Positions 13,653 to 27,300 of a stretch of 64,000 bases of DNA are shown here, one piece after another (the first letter of the stretch is position 1; every line of letters starts with the position of its first letter). The stretch is from the NCBI GenBank assembly GCA_965113315.1, contig OZ220363.1; one strand, 5' to 3'. Source of the stretch: Podarcis vaucheri (lineage: Eukaryota). The position numbers and the translations under genes are program-made. Under the pieces are notes generated by a model that was given only the letters and a program-made list of their open reading frames with translations, had not been told where the DNA came from and made no database searches.

Positions 13653-16530
13653 ACCATCACAACAATCCTGTGAAATGGATTTAGGTGAGAGATAAAACTG
13701 TAAAGCACATTTGAAACATATTCTTTCCCTTAGGGAATGTTAGGCACTGTGGTTTGTTAAAGGTTGCCAGGAATTTTAACTGCGAGGGGTAAACTACCCT
13801 GGCCAGAATTCTTTTGGAGGAAATAATGTGCTTTAAAGGTATTTTGTGTACACAGTGACTGGCCCGAAGTTTGTTAAAGGTTGCCAGGAATTTTAACTGC
13901 GAGGGGTAAACTACCCTGGCCAGAATTCTTTTGGAGGAAATAATGTGCTTTAAAGGTATTTTGTGTACACAGTGACTGGCCCGAAGTTACTCAATGAGCT
14001 TTGCGGCCTAGTGGAGTTTTGAAGATGAGTTTCTCCAGCTTTTAGTCTGACACTAGTCCAAGGTGGCTTTGAAGTGTAGTTCATACTGTTTGATGCTGCA
14101 CTTCAGAATGTGTCTTCAGTTTCTAAAATGTTTTCATGGCAACATTTTTGTTTGTTTGTTTTAAGGAGGGGAGTGTGGAATGCTTCCACTGTACGTAAAT
14201 TATGTCTGGGTTCAGCCTAACTTGATGTTTTAATCTCTCTCATCTACTTTCTCTCTCTACATGTCAGAATGCTAGCACTTACTACAGGGAAAGCTGACAC
14301 AGCAGTCTCCTTCAAGCAGGACTGGGGTTGCCTCGTATCCAAGTTCACAAGGTTTCTTTTCGTTGGAGCAGGTAGTAGTATTGCATTCTGTGGAATAATC
14401 AGAAAACACAACAGAGCTGAAGAAGCAAGTCTAGCGCCCCAGCCTTAAATGTTTAGACCAGCAAATATTCCTGTGGTGCTAGGACAATAATCCTATTCAG
14501 TATCATGACTGGTGGGTGAGAGTGTACTGGGCTGGGGTAGGTATGCACGAGGAAGACCAGCATGCCCTCCTCCATCAGCCAGAGAAAAAACAGCTGAAGG
14601 AGGTTTGACACATACACTCACCGCCCAACACGTCACACACTAGTATTGTAGAGCTGAAGGACAGCATACTCCAGGGCATTAAAAGCTGCTAGGAGTTTAC
14701 TCCCCTTGCCTCCCAAGCCGGCCATCGTGGCAAGTGGGAGACCTATCCAATCCCCACCCACCATCCACAATAAGCTTGTTTCACCCCTCCAGGCTAAAAA
14801 GAACAGTAAGATCCAAGGTCTGAGTATGCCTCCCCCCCCCCCGCCCACCGCTTCCTTTCCCTCTCATGCCAGGTCTGTTATATGTCAAGACCTAGGGCAG
14901 GGACTGTCTTATTACTGATCATTGTAAGTTTTGCTGCGAGCCTTTTTCTGGCTAACAGGTGGACTAAAAATGCATTAAATAAATAAATACATTTCAGAAT
15001 TGACTTAGCTTGCCTTCAGATCATATTGTAAAGGAGGGAAAGGAGACTAGCAAATCTCCTGTTTCTGACAAGTCCTCCAGTCCTAAGCAGATTTCTGTCA
15101 AAAATTCCTACTAAGGTTGAAGGACATACTGCCAAGTTAATGTATGTAGGATTGCAGGTTAATTGTAGCAAAGCTCTTTTGACTATATGGTGAGCAAAGC
15201 AAAGCATCCAAACCCAGAGATTTAACTCTTTATCTGCCTGTCGGTCCCCATATGACAAGAGAAAATGGTGTGGTTTTTTTGTATTTTTTACAGATTGTTC
15301 TGTGTGGTTATTTACTATGGAGATAATTAAGCTGGGATAGAATTGTGCAACTGATGTTACCTGCCATCATGTAATGCTGTCTGGATGTCTCAACCAAAGC
15401 AACAGTAACCATAATAGCACAAATTGTTTCATCAACAGAGGGCAGAATTGGATTGATTGGCATTGGCTATCAATAAATAATACATGCAAATACGTACTGC
15501 ATTGAAGTTCTGGACAGCACGGGTCTTTTGGTGTCAGTACAGGGACAGGCACAAACCCTTCTTTCTCACATTTGGGTGGTTCCGATGACACACAGGTCTG
15601 TGGCTTGCACTGAACGCTCTCAGTCAATGGGTCACAAATACACTCTTGACAGTTGCTCTTCCATGAGGAGCCAGGCTATATGAAAAAGAAAGCAAATCAG
15701 TTAACACTGTATGGCAGCAATGAAACCTATCATCATCTGCTTACTTGTCAATTATTAGACCTTAAGCTTTCTTTAGAAGGAGCACCTAGTTGATCTTAAG
15801 TTTCCTGTAATATCAAACTTACGGTAACTGTGCAATAAGCTTTGGACCAGAGCCATACAATACAACTTGAAGGTGCTTCTTAAGGATTGTTTCCACCACC
15901 CCACAAATGGCTATAAAAAGACTTCCTTAAATTATAAGATACAGAAAGTTATGCTGAACCAGGTTAAATTTCCTTCTAGGCTGTTTCAGGGAGATGCACA
16001 TATATAGCATTGGTTCTATATGTGCCTTAGGCATGGCCTTCTGAGTCCTCTGAAAGTCTTGTTGGTCTTCTTCTGAAACCCAAGCAAAGTACTTACGATG
16101 GAGACCACAACCTCTACGAGCTGCTATTTTAATTTCCATCACTTCCATGCAAAGCCTTTCTTTGAGATCACAAAGTGTTGCATTAGATGTTAGTCCTACT
16201 CAAAATAGACCCATTGAAAGTGATGGACATGACTGAGTTTGGCCCATTAATATTAGTGTGTCTAATCTGATGTTTCAAAGGCTTCAGGGGACAACTGGTG
16301 TACCTCTCAGTCCAAAGGGGACTGGAAAGTGTGCTGTACAATCCATCTGACAGCTATAGAGCCCAGGAGAGGCTGGTATTTCAGACTATGTCTGCTTCTC
16401 CTTCAAAAGCACGTCTATATTTCTGACCAGCTCACTGTTTCTGCATGTTGATAATAATTATCTGGATCTACATGCCAGTTATGCATACCAAAACTACAAA
16501 TCTTCTACTGCTTTCTTTTGATTATTCTCC

Positions 16531-16578
<48 letters not shown>

Positions 16579-19500
16579 GTATAACAATAACAAGAAACTA
16601 AATTAAATAAAATATTGTGAATTCTCTCTCCCCCCCCCCATGGCTTTACCCTCCCTCCTAAAATCTGAAATGATCTCCAACTCCTACTGCAATATAAAAT
16701 GATGCCCTTGTCTGGTAAAGCAGAAGTTTAGCACTAATAATAACAGTTTGCCGCCTTGTGAATGTATGTGCAGGGGTGCAGGGTGTTGCAGTCATAGTGA
16801 GGCCAATTATTAGTCCCTTGTCAGTTCTGGATGATTCTCTATGTTGCCTTTGTATGGGCAATGGTCTAGGCATCATCTTTCCAAGTGAAATACTCACTGG
16901 TTTGGGCAATCCGTCTGGTCCCACGCAGCCTGGAAATAAATAAAGGCATAAGCATTCATACAGATCCCTTATATTCCATAAACATGTAAACTGCCTTAAC
17001 TTTAACACAAGTTTCCTGTAGCCATAACCATTTGCTTTTAAACATTATTATGCAGCTTTTTCCAGCTAAGTAACCAGTTTATACAGAGAATTTCACCACA
17101 TGATGAATTTTTACAGGATTCTTCCTGGGTTGTTCTTTAAAAACATACCTCCATGCAGTATAATGAAAATACAGGCAGAACAATACTGTATTAACCACAT
17201 AGTACTAAAACATAATTTCATCACATGGAGCGGAGCATTTATGTGTAACCACAGAAGGAAATGGATGCTGAGGGTGCCATAGCATCCTACTATTCTTCAC
17301 CACTTGTGGCATGCCCCCTGAAGGTCAGGTGCTCATTTTGTGTTTACAGACATAATTTGAAATTGCAGAAAGACATGCAAATGTTAGAAAAAGCTAAAGT
17401 TACCCTTGTGCTATTTAGGCCCTAATTATACACATGCACACACCTCTGAGCAGATAAGTAGAGGATTGCCCTTCCACATACCACCTCTAATGATCTTCAT
17501 AAGCTGTTTATTAGGGGCAACAGACCAGAAATAAACCATACAGGACAAGCGTAGCATAGTAACAGCAGCTTAGAAACTAGAAACTAGCAAATATACAAAA
17601 TAGCAAATAGCTTCAGGTAAGCCCCTGGAAATAATCCTTCCAGCTTTAGGTGGTTAACTGACTTCTTATTGTCACAGCCACCAACAGAAATTTGACTGCT
17701 GTCTTTAAATCTTGTGGGATTTTATCTCCCAGCAAATGTTTAACATAGAATTGTGCTGACCTTCCTGGTAATTTGGCCAGTAAAGGGCCAATCATTTGCT
17801 GATGAACTCCAGCACCTTTAATTATGCATCTGCTTTTGGTTTAAATTGATATAATTAGCCGATCAGGATTAGAGAAACTTACCGCATGTTTTGACACAGA
17901 TATCCGTGTATGTATTGAAGAGGATTTTGTCCTCTGGGCAGAAGCATCCTTCAGCAACATGCTCACTTGTATCTTTGGTTGGTCTGCAAGGAAAAGAAGA
18001 GCAGATAATATTATTTCCAGTTCTGTAATCAAACAGTTTAATAGCTTCAATGCTCACCTTCGTAAAAACACTATTTTTCTAAGGGATTACAGTATTTAAA
18101 TGCAAAAGAAAATTGGCGCTTTCCTAAGAAGTAAATAAATACTGGAGCCATTCACTATAGATGGCATAATAAGAGACAACAGGTTAATTGCAACAGTTTA
18201 TGTTAAGAGTAAGAATTGTGTGTTGGGAATCCGGTCAGCACAATTATTTGCATGTCTACTCAGAAATAAGTTTTTCAGGTCAATGGCACTTACTCTCAAG
18301 CAAGTGTGCATATGGTTGTAGGTTAACAGCGCACACTGAACCACGTCTACTCAGGTCAAAAGTGCTGTAGGCTGAATCTGGCCTATGGGCTGTCACTTCT
18401 CCACCCCCAATTTAAACCAGTGAAAGCTAGTCTGCCAGGCCACTGTGCTCAAGCTTTAAACACTACACTAGTAGGAAGAAATCTTTGAAAGGATCTTTCT
18501 TAATCTATTTACAGTGGTACTTTGGGTTACATATGCTTCAGGTTACAGACTCCGCTAACCCAGAAATAGTACCTCGGGTTAAGGATAAGAATAGAAATTA
18601 TGCTCCGGCGGTGCGGCAGCAGCAGGAGACCCCATTAGCTAAAGTGGTGCTTCAGGTTAAGAACGGTTTCAGGTTAAGAACGGACCTCCGGAACTAATTA
18701 AGTACTTAACCCGAGGTACCACTGTACAATGCTATCCAATTGCACTATGCATGGAATCAGGGTTGAAACAGAATCCCTTTTTTGAGCTAAGAACAAGGTA
18801 ATGCGGAATAGTTATCCTGGCTTTAAACTCTTTTCACCTGCTCTGCTTTACTTAATTTGGGACGGGCCCCACCTTTTAACACCCTTGACTTAAGGTAACC
18901 AAGCTGAATAAAGGTAAAGGTAAAGGTACCCCTGCCCGAACGGGCCAGTCTTGACAGACTCTGGGGTTTGTGCGCCCATCTCACATCTATAGGCCGGGGG
19001 CCAGCGCTGTCCGGAGACACTTCTGGGTCACGTGGCCAGCGTGACAAAGCTGCATCTGGTGAGCCAGCGCAGCACACGGAACGCTGTTTACCTTCCCACT
19101 GGTAAGCGGTACCTATTTATCTACTTGCACCCGGGGGTGCTTTCAAACTGCTAGGTTGGCAGGCGCTGGGACCGAGCAGCGGGAGCGCACCCCGCCGCGG
19201 GGATTCGAACCGCCGACCTTTCGATCGGCAAGCCCTAGGCGCTGAGGCTTTTACCCACAGCGCCACCCGCGTCCCAACCAAGCTGAATAGAGAGAGTTAA
19301 AGCTAGAATAACTATTCAACATTACCATGATTTATGCTATCAGGTAAGGATGCTAATCCATTTATGTGGCCTATACAGTATTTGTACTCTTGCCTCATTA
19401 ATCTGTGCAGAGTACAAGCGAGTATGTGATTCCAGGGTAGACGGGTTTAGCACCAAACGTTAGAATTACCATGCCCTGGATTAGCCATAGGGATAGGGCC

Positions 19501-21345
19501 TGGAGAACCTGAAAAGGTTTATGGTGCCCTGGAGGACTGACTAGATCTTGAAAACATCCTTGTAAAATGAGTAGAGTTGAAAGACCAAGGCAGGGACTTC
19601 TGTGGTGGGAACTGCTCAGGCTCTGGCAGGTTTAAAGTATCTACCAGCAAAGAATGCAGTTTAACCAGAATGCAGTTAAACCTGAAGCTGGCAATCATAA
19701 TTATTTGGAGAGGAATTGACATGGAATTAATGACCATATAAATAGATAAGAATGCATTTTTAAAAACAAATCCTATTAATTAATGCAACATTCCCCTAAA
19801 AAATTAACACATCAACTATCCGCTGCTGCCATACTTGGGACGATACTAACTAATTAAAGATCTTCATCTAAAGATTTTGATATGACCTTTATACATTCAC
19901 CATTTTCTAGTAAGTCATATACATATTTCATATTGTCTCTTATTCAAAGATACAAAAGTGTAGCCATTAGCATTCAGAGAGCTAATTATTTAGTTAATAC
20001 ATACCCATCATCACAGGTGACAGGGTGAATGGGGCCACATGCATTGTACACCTTGTCTTTGGGGCAGTGGTATGCTGTATATAAGAGAATAAAATGTGTC
20101 ATTAAGAAGCAGAATGACTCCAACATGAGGCAGAACTATGTATTACATGTTGTCATATTATGTTTTTCCCATTAGCTTTTTTAAAAAATCACATAAAGCA
20201 TCTATGGTTGGCATCAGATTGAATGAAGGAGTGGCTTTTGCAAAGGCAAGGCACACCCATACCCAGAGGACTGTTGTAAGCCCCAGTGCATGCTCAACCC
20301 TGACCTACAAATGGAAATATCCATAGCTGAGAACATGGATTCAATACAGACATCCACAGATGGATTCTGATCCAGTGGAGAGAACCTGTTGGTGGAAAGA
20401 GAGGGAGGCAACATTTGCCAATTCCCCCATCCTCTTGCAGTGCCACCTCCCATGTTGATCTGGAGGATCCTCCAACCCTCTGGAGCAGTTTCAGAGGTTG
20501 CAATGGGCTTCAGGGAGATGGAGCAATTAGCAAAAGTCAACTTCCCTTCCCTTCTGGATTCAATCCACTATGAAGTGCAGAAGCTGAAATCTTAATTCTT
20601 GTGAAAAAAAGACAAAGACTGAGGGAAACAAACATGCAACTGAAGTTAGAACATGCTATTGTTCAGTTTGCATTGATTACTATTCATCTGCTGACACCGT
20701 TTTGAATGGTTGATTGATTGGTTCACTCAGCTATTATTGCTCTACGATAAATTGCTGCTCACTTTAGGATAAGCGAAAATACGTTGTCTTCCACTTACGG
20801 CATTTTCCTAGCGTCATGTTCCTCCAGTCAGTACAAACCCCTTTAGCTATGCAGAGGGAAGCATATATCTCCAAATTGTAGCAAGGCACAGACTCATTGG
20901 AAGACTGACAGGCTTCAAGGAGGCAGTCTTCATAGTATATTCTGGGAGGCAGAACCTTATGGCATTCTTCAAAGACACTTCAAATACAAAAGAATACATG
21001 GTTGAACTATGGCTCATAAATATTGCAATGTCCCCTTGCCACCCCATTTTCAGTATGAAACTGCGACTGAAAGGATAATATTCTTAGCAAATATGTACAG
21101 TACATTTCACAATGATATCAATTCTAGAAAGATCAGCTTTGTATTACTATGGAAGTAAAAATCCTACAGTGTTGCAATGTTAAAGCTCTTTATGGTATAT
21201 AAGGTAGCCGAGATGCCTTGAAGATACTTAAACAATGCCATGCTTATTGTTGGATGGATCTTATGTTCTTTGTATACTGTGTTAGTTTTATGATGTTAGC
21301 CACCCTGAGCCTGGCTCCGGCTGGGGAGGGCGGGGTACAAATAAA

Positions 21346-21399
<54 letters not shown>

Positions 21400-24300
21400 C
21401 ATCTGTGAAATATAAGAACAATAAAGGAAAAGGGTGTTATCTATCCCTAGAAAACATTCCTGATGGCCTAGCAGTAGATAAAAACATAAGAATATAAGGT
21501 GAAAAGTTCTGCTGGAGCAGACCAAAGCTTTATCTTTCTAGTCCTGTGGTCAACCAGTGGCTTATGTCCTGCCCACAAGCTGGACAGATGAGGTCATGTG
21601 CACAATGTCTTGGTGATGATTTTATGTTCCTATGTGTTCATCAGAAGTGGGTTTTTTTAAAAAAATAAAGTTGTCAAAGCGATAGCTTGCTTTGCAGGAT
21701 CTAACAGCTGAAGCATTTGTAAAGGCTGTGTTGAACTTACTCGCTCACAATCAGCTCACACAGAGGAGATGGAGTGGTGCAGGGTGTTGGTGCTGGTGTT
21801 GTCGTTCTTGGCTCATGCGGTGTTGTTGTTGGAGGTGATGTTGTTGGCACTCCATAGCAATGGGGCTTGTTTTTATCGTAGGTCTTCCAGTAGCTGGCCA
21901 TTTCTGAGCAAGAGGAAGCTTCATGGCCGTTGGGGAGGCGGCAGTCATCTGTCTTGTCATTTGAACATACCCCTAGGAGGGAGAAAGGGTCGCATCGTAA
22001 GTGTGTTGAATATGCAGTATACATTAGTGTCACTTTGAATGACATTGAAATAACGAAGCGGACTTCCTAATTGAAAAAGCCATTGTTGCTATCATAAAGT
22101 GTACCTTATATGCATATTCTGTTTCCTACTCTTCAGTATGGATATATTAGTCAAACCCAGGCTTCCTCAACCTCAACTCTCCAGATGTTTTGAGACTACA
22201 ATTCCCATCACCCCGACCACTGGTCCTGCTAGCTAGGCATCATGGGAGTTGTAGGCCAAGGTTGAGGAAGCCTGGTCAAACCATAGGTCCACCAAGCCCA
22301 ATTAGGTCTACTCTGATGGGCAGCAGTTCTTTCTTCATCCCAAGAACTTTCAGATGTAGATACCAGGAACTGGACCTGGGATGGTCTAACACCACACACA
22401 TGTGTTCGGCCATGGAGCTGTGGCCCCTCCCCCCAATGGTTAATTTTTCTTTATTGCTTTTCTAATGCTCCACATCTTCCTATGTAAATAAATTTGTTTT
22501 GAAGGAATAACATTATGAAAAAGGATTTGAATGGTTGGGGATGTTTTGATCCCTTTACTTACCACATTGCCCCTCTGTGTTATGCTGAAATAGGTCAAAG
22601 GGGAGTTTTACTGAGAAAGTGAGCCCGTTGAAAGATATAAAAGCTTGGAGTGCAGGGATTTCGACACTCATGACAGTTCCAGTACTGGTGACAGAAATAC
22701 CATATTTGGTGAAATCTCCATTGACCGGCTCATGGTTGAAAAAAATCTGAAACAGCAGCACAAAAGAGGCAAAAGAATATAAATCTGGAGGATTCAGAGT
22801 CTTCCAGAGCACTTGAGGGCAATCAGTCCTGGCCATGCTGATATTTCCTAGCTGCCTGTTTTTATACTACTTTTAATACTGCAATGATTATTTTACTGTG
22901 TTATTGTATTTAATTAAAAACAGTAAGCCATAGTTTTTAACTGAAAACATACAGACACATGTATATATATGTGTGTGTGCACGCGTATGTCATTGATTCT
23001 ATAACCATTAACTGGAAGTAAAGTGCATTAAACTCAGTGGGGGCTTTCTTCTGAGTAGTCATTATAGAGATGCACAGTTTGAGGAATAGCATCTCAATTC
23101 TAAACATAATCTACCCCATGGGATTAAGTAGCATTCCTCAAACAGGCACTTTGCCATGATTGTTATGTAAATTTTACAACCCATTAGCTGGTTTATAAAT
23201 GTCATTTTGACATTTTTGTTTTGGTAAAAAATAATTATTGTAGGAAGCTGACACAGTTTGAGAAATCTGTGGCACACAGTACCTTGTTAATTCTCACTCC
23301 TTCATGCACTTCACTGCTTAGCACAACTTCCATTGAGTTGTAATTTACAATGATGGCTCTGGAACAGGGCTGAATTTTCGTGACATCACAGAAATAATTG
23401 TCAAGCAAAACACTGAAGTTTCCATGTATATTCACAATCTCTTTCACCAAGATGTAAGTGCAGTTGTCATAGAAAGTGTAATTAGTGCCATCAAATGTCA
23501 GATAGTTAGCATCCCAACCAGTGCAAATACCTGTAACAGAAATCAAAAGATCAAATAAGGTTCACCTGGAGTGTAGTCTTGAGCAAACCAGAGGACCAAA
23601 GTAAATATACACTATGAAATCATTGGTTATTATGCTGTTGCTTGTATTAACTTTGATGGGCTAGGTCCTAGTTTGGTACACCAATTAGAAAGTGGGAATA
23701 ATAAGAGAATTCTAGGAGAGCAATGTTGATGGTGCAGATTTTGTGGTGAAACAACTGCCATAGCCAGAGTCCTGATGACTAGTGACAGCCAGGGCAGGAA
23801 TTGGTTGAACCACAGCATTTTCTCCCTTACTCCTTTCCATTGAAATATGAAAAGCCACCCATTGACTTTTTTAGGAGTATGCTAGAGAAACAAGAAGTTT
23901 AGGCTTCTGCAAATCCATAGCCTTCCCTGAAAGACCCTCAAAAGTCTCACCTCCCTCAATAAATGGAATTGCAACTGCATGACATTACACCCCCTGAGCT
24001 TTGTATGATACAGTCCTGTAAGTTAAATATCTTAATCTCTCATTCCATATCATAAAGATATATGTACTTTTTCGGAATGCTCAGTTATACTTACATTCAC
24101 ATTCATAGCGTTCGACACAGCCATCCTTATCTACTATTTTTATCGGTGGGAGTCCACTCACACATACTGTCTTCTCTACAGGTGGTTGTGGCTTCAGAAC
24201 TATTTTGTTGTTTCCTTCACAAGTTGCCACAGTGCAGTTATTAAACATCCAAGTTTCATTGGTCTAGAGGGAAACCAGAGAAAAAATATTCTACAAGTGT

Positions 24301-27300
24301 CATACTCTTAGAAAGACACCATCTCCACTACCAAGGGTTCTTGTCCTACTGGAAGAGGAAAACCCATCTGGAGGCAAAATGGGGTGTTAGGGGGAGAGGC
24401 TGTTTCTCAATGGTAGAGCACATGGTGTGCGTGCAAAAGGTCCCATGTTTAATCCTTAGTAACTCCAGATAGCCCCAGGGAAGACTCCTATATGAAACCC
24501 TGAGGAGTCATTAGCAGTCAACAAGGACAAGAGTGAGATAGATAGACCCATAGTCTGCCTTGGTATAAGCCAGCTTGCTATGTTTTAGAAAAGTGAGGCA
24601 AACAAGAACATTTGGAATGGACTTGAGATTTCTCCATATATGACTCTGTGGCAGGGGTAGGCAACCTGTAGCCTAACCAAAGTTGTTGGATTCCAGTTCC
24701 CACCAGTTCCAACCACCAGTGGTCAGGGATAATGAGACTTTGAATCCAGTAACATCAAGATCCCCATCCATTTTCAGTGAGATCAATAGCACAAATAAGA
24801 TCTATAACAAGAGAGTCGATTGTGACCAAGTGCATGTTCACATGACAGCTCCTCATACCTCCCAAAACAGTGGTGCTCATACAGCATGAATTGTGGGCAA
24901 AAGTCCCTGGGGTAGTCAGGATTTTCTTTTCAACATAGACACCTTGTTCACCAAGAGAGGATTCATTTGATGGTTTTTAAGAGGGGTGAAAATGGAGTGA
25001 GAGAGGCATTTGGTCCAACAGCTTTCCCCAACATGGAGCCCTTTTGATGTTTAGGGCTACAGCCTCTCATCAGCTAGCAAAAGCTATCCCCAATGTATGT
25101 ATGAAAACAATGCTAATTACCTTTCTTGGTGGATCAATATTAGGGCAACCTGTTACAGGAGTTGTGGGGGTTGATACAGCTGCAGTAGTGTATACTCTGG
25201 TTGATGGAACAACAGTAGTGGGTGACGGAGAAGGCTGGGTTCCTGCAGTTGTAACTGATGGTGTTGATGGGTGGGAAGGAGTTGTTGAAGGACATGGTCC
25301 CTGGAACACCTCAATTTCACAGCTTCTGTTGCAAACTGCATAAAAACTGCATCCGGAACTATCAGTTCTATTGTATATTACTTCCCCTATTTTAAAAAAG
25401 GAGGGAATTTATCATAAAGCACCATGTACGAAAATTATAAAACAAAACATGTCATAACATTCTAAAATGCAAATAAAGTTCAGATGAATTTGTCTACTGA
25501 CATGCAGTGCAACTCTCAGCAGCAAGTCTGAGAAAGCGTGCATTGGATTGTGTAATTTGTAGTGGGCAAGCTCCAACCCCACACCACCATGGGAGATCAG
25601 CAAGAGGTTCAGCCGAGGCCTTTTCCCCAGTTGGTCCTTAGCCAGTAAATCATACACAAGTATAACTTGTGACTCACAATCCTAGGAAGTAAAAGGACAT
25701 GTTGGCCACCTGTTAAAAGTAATGGCTGGCAGATAGTAGTAGATGTACATGAATATGAGTCAGTTGTAAAAGGGGATAGGGGATAGGTGAGAGATGGATC
25801 TATTGACACCTCTGTGGTTCAATACTGTTCAAAGAATGTATGGCATGAGAGAATTACAGAATTCATCTCAGCTAATACTTTTGTTCCATAGGTTGTTAAA
25901 ACATATAAAGCAGTGTAGAGTAAAACACAGATACATAAATCCAATAAAGCATTGAAAATATCAGCCCCAAACTTGCAAAAAACAAACAAAAAACCCAGAT
26001 AAAGGAGGATTAATAAAATGATTTAAATGTAAATGTAAAAAGTAAGTAAAAAGGTTTCTACTCCTCCTCAAACTATACAGCAGAGCACCAAAGTAGACTC
26101 CCCTGTGGAGAGTGGTGCACAATCATGATGTAGGTATAAGGAAGGACGTATGTTGAGCATATGTACAATCAAAGCAATATGTGAATGAAAACATTGCTTC
26201 AGCTGCTTTTCAAATTCATTAAGAGAAACTCACCAGGAGAAAACAAGCCCTTACTAAATCCGGGCACACGGCAGAAACATGGAGTTGTTCTGCTCAAAGT
26301 GACTGTTGTAGTTCCTGTTGTAGAAGGTATGGAAGTACTTGTTGCTGCTGAAGACACAATAGAAAAGAAATAAATGTATAACAGTTGTTACGTACTGCTT
26401 GAAGACATACTGCTGGAAATGGATGCTACACACTGTAGATACTTAAGACTTCAGTGTACACTTCCAAAGCACCAACTGAAGCATAACAATTCAGAATTCC
26501 AACTGAGCTCAACTGGACTTACATGTATCTTTAGGGCTGGAGAATTTAACTTGATAATTGTACTACAAAAACCAGTTTAATGGATCAGATCAATACTTTG
26601 CTTACTTGCTGTTCTTATTATACACCTACCATACTATCAAGAAACAGGGGAATCCAGCTATATTCCTCCCAGTATCAAGAAACACACCCCTCCAGTCCAA
26701 AGGTGCTGTTAATAAAATTCCAAATATCTAGCCAGAGAGCTATCTACTACTTGTAATAGCATTGAAAACTTCTTTGAAAAATGCACACTGAGATCTAGGC
26801 AAACATTTTTGATAAGTTGCTAGCTGATAGACACTAAGTTTCATAATTGGGATACCAATTTTTGAAAAGGGTGGTATATGAAATAAGATCACCAAGCCCC
26901 CATTAATATGAAACAATTTGCTAACATTTGGCATGACACCTGTAATTGAGTAACATGTAATAAATTTAACTGTTGGAATATTTACCAAAGGTAACAAGAT
27001 TTTCATACCATGATATGCAGATTCATTCTGTAATTACCTGTTGTAACAACGACCAAAGGCTTAGTGGAAAATGGCACTCTGGTAGGGACAGTTGCTGTTT
27101 CTACAGTAATCCCAGTAGTGGATATCGTCGACACAGGTTTGGAAACATGGGTAGATGGAAGAGATGTGGTTGAAACGGTGGAAGCCACTCCAGAAGTGAT
27201 GGAAGGTGTGCTGACGGAGCCAGGGGTTGAGAAAGGGATGGTGGTCATGGGCTTTCCTGTTGTAATTCCAGGAGTGGTGGAAACAAGGGTGGTACTTTGG

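Noticed and set aside
19190-19275. tRNA-like A/B boxes (also near 50142, 63508, 24392)
   Set aside because: SINE heads, not complete tRNA cloverleaves.
21218-21525. Poly-Ile ORFs on both strands
   Set aside because: Translation of the (TTA)n microsatellite.
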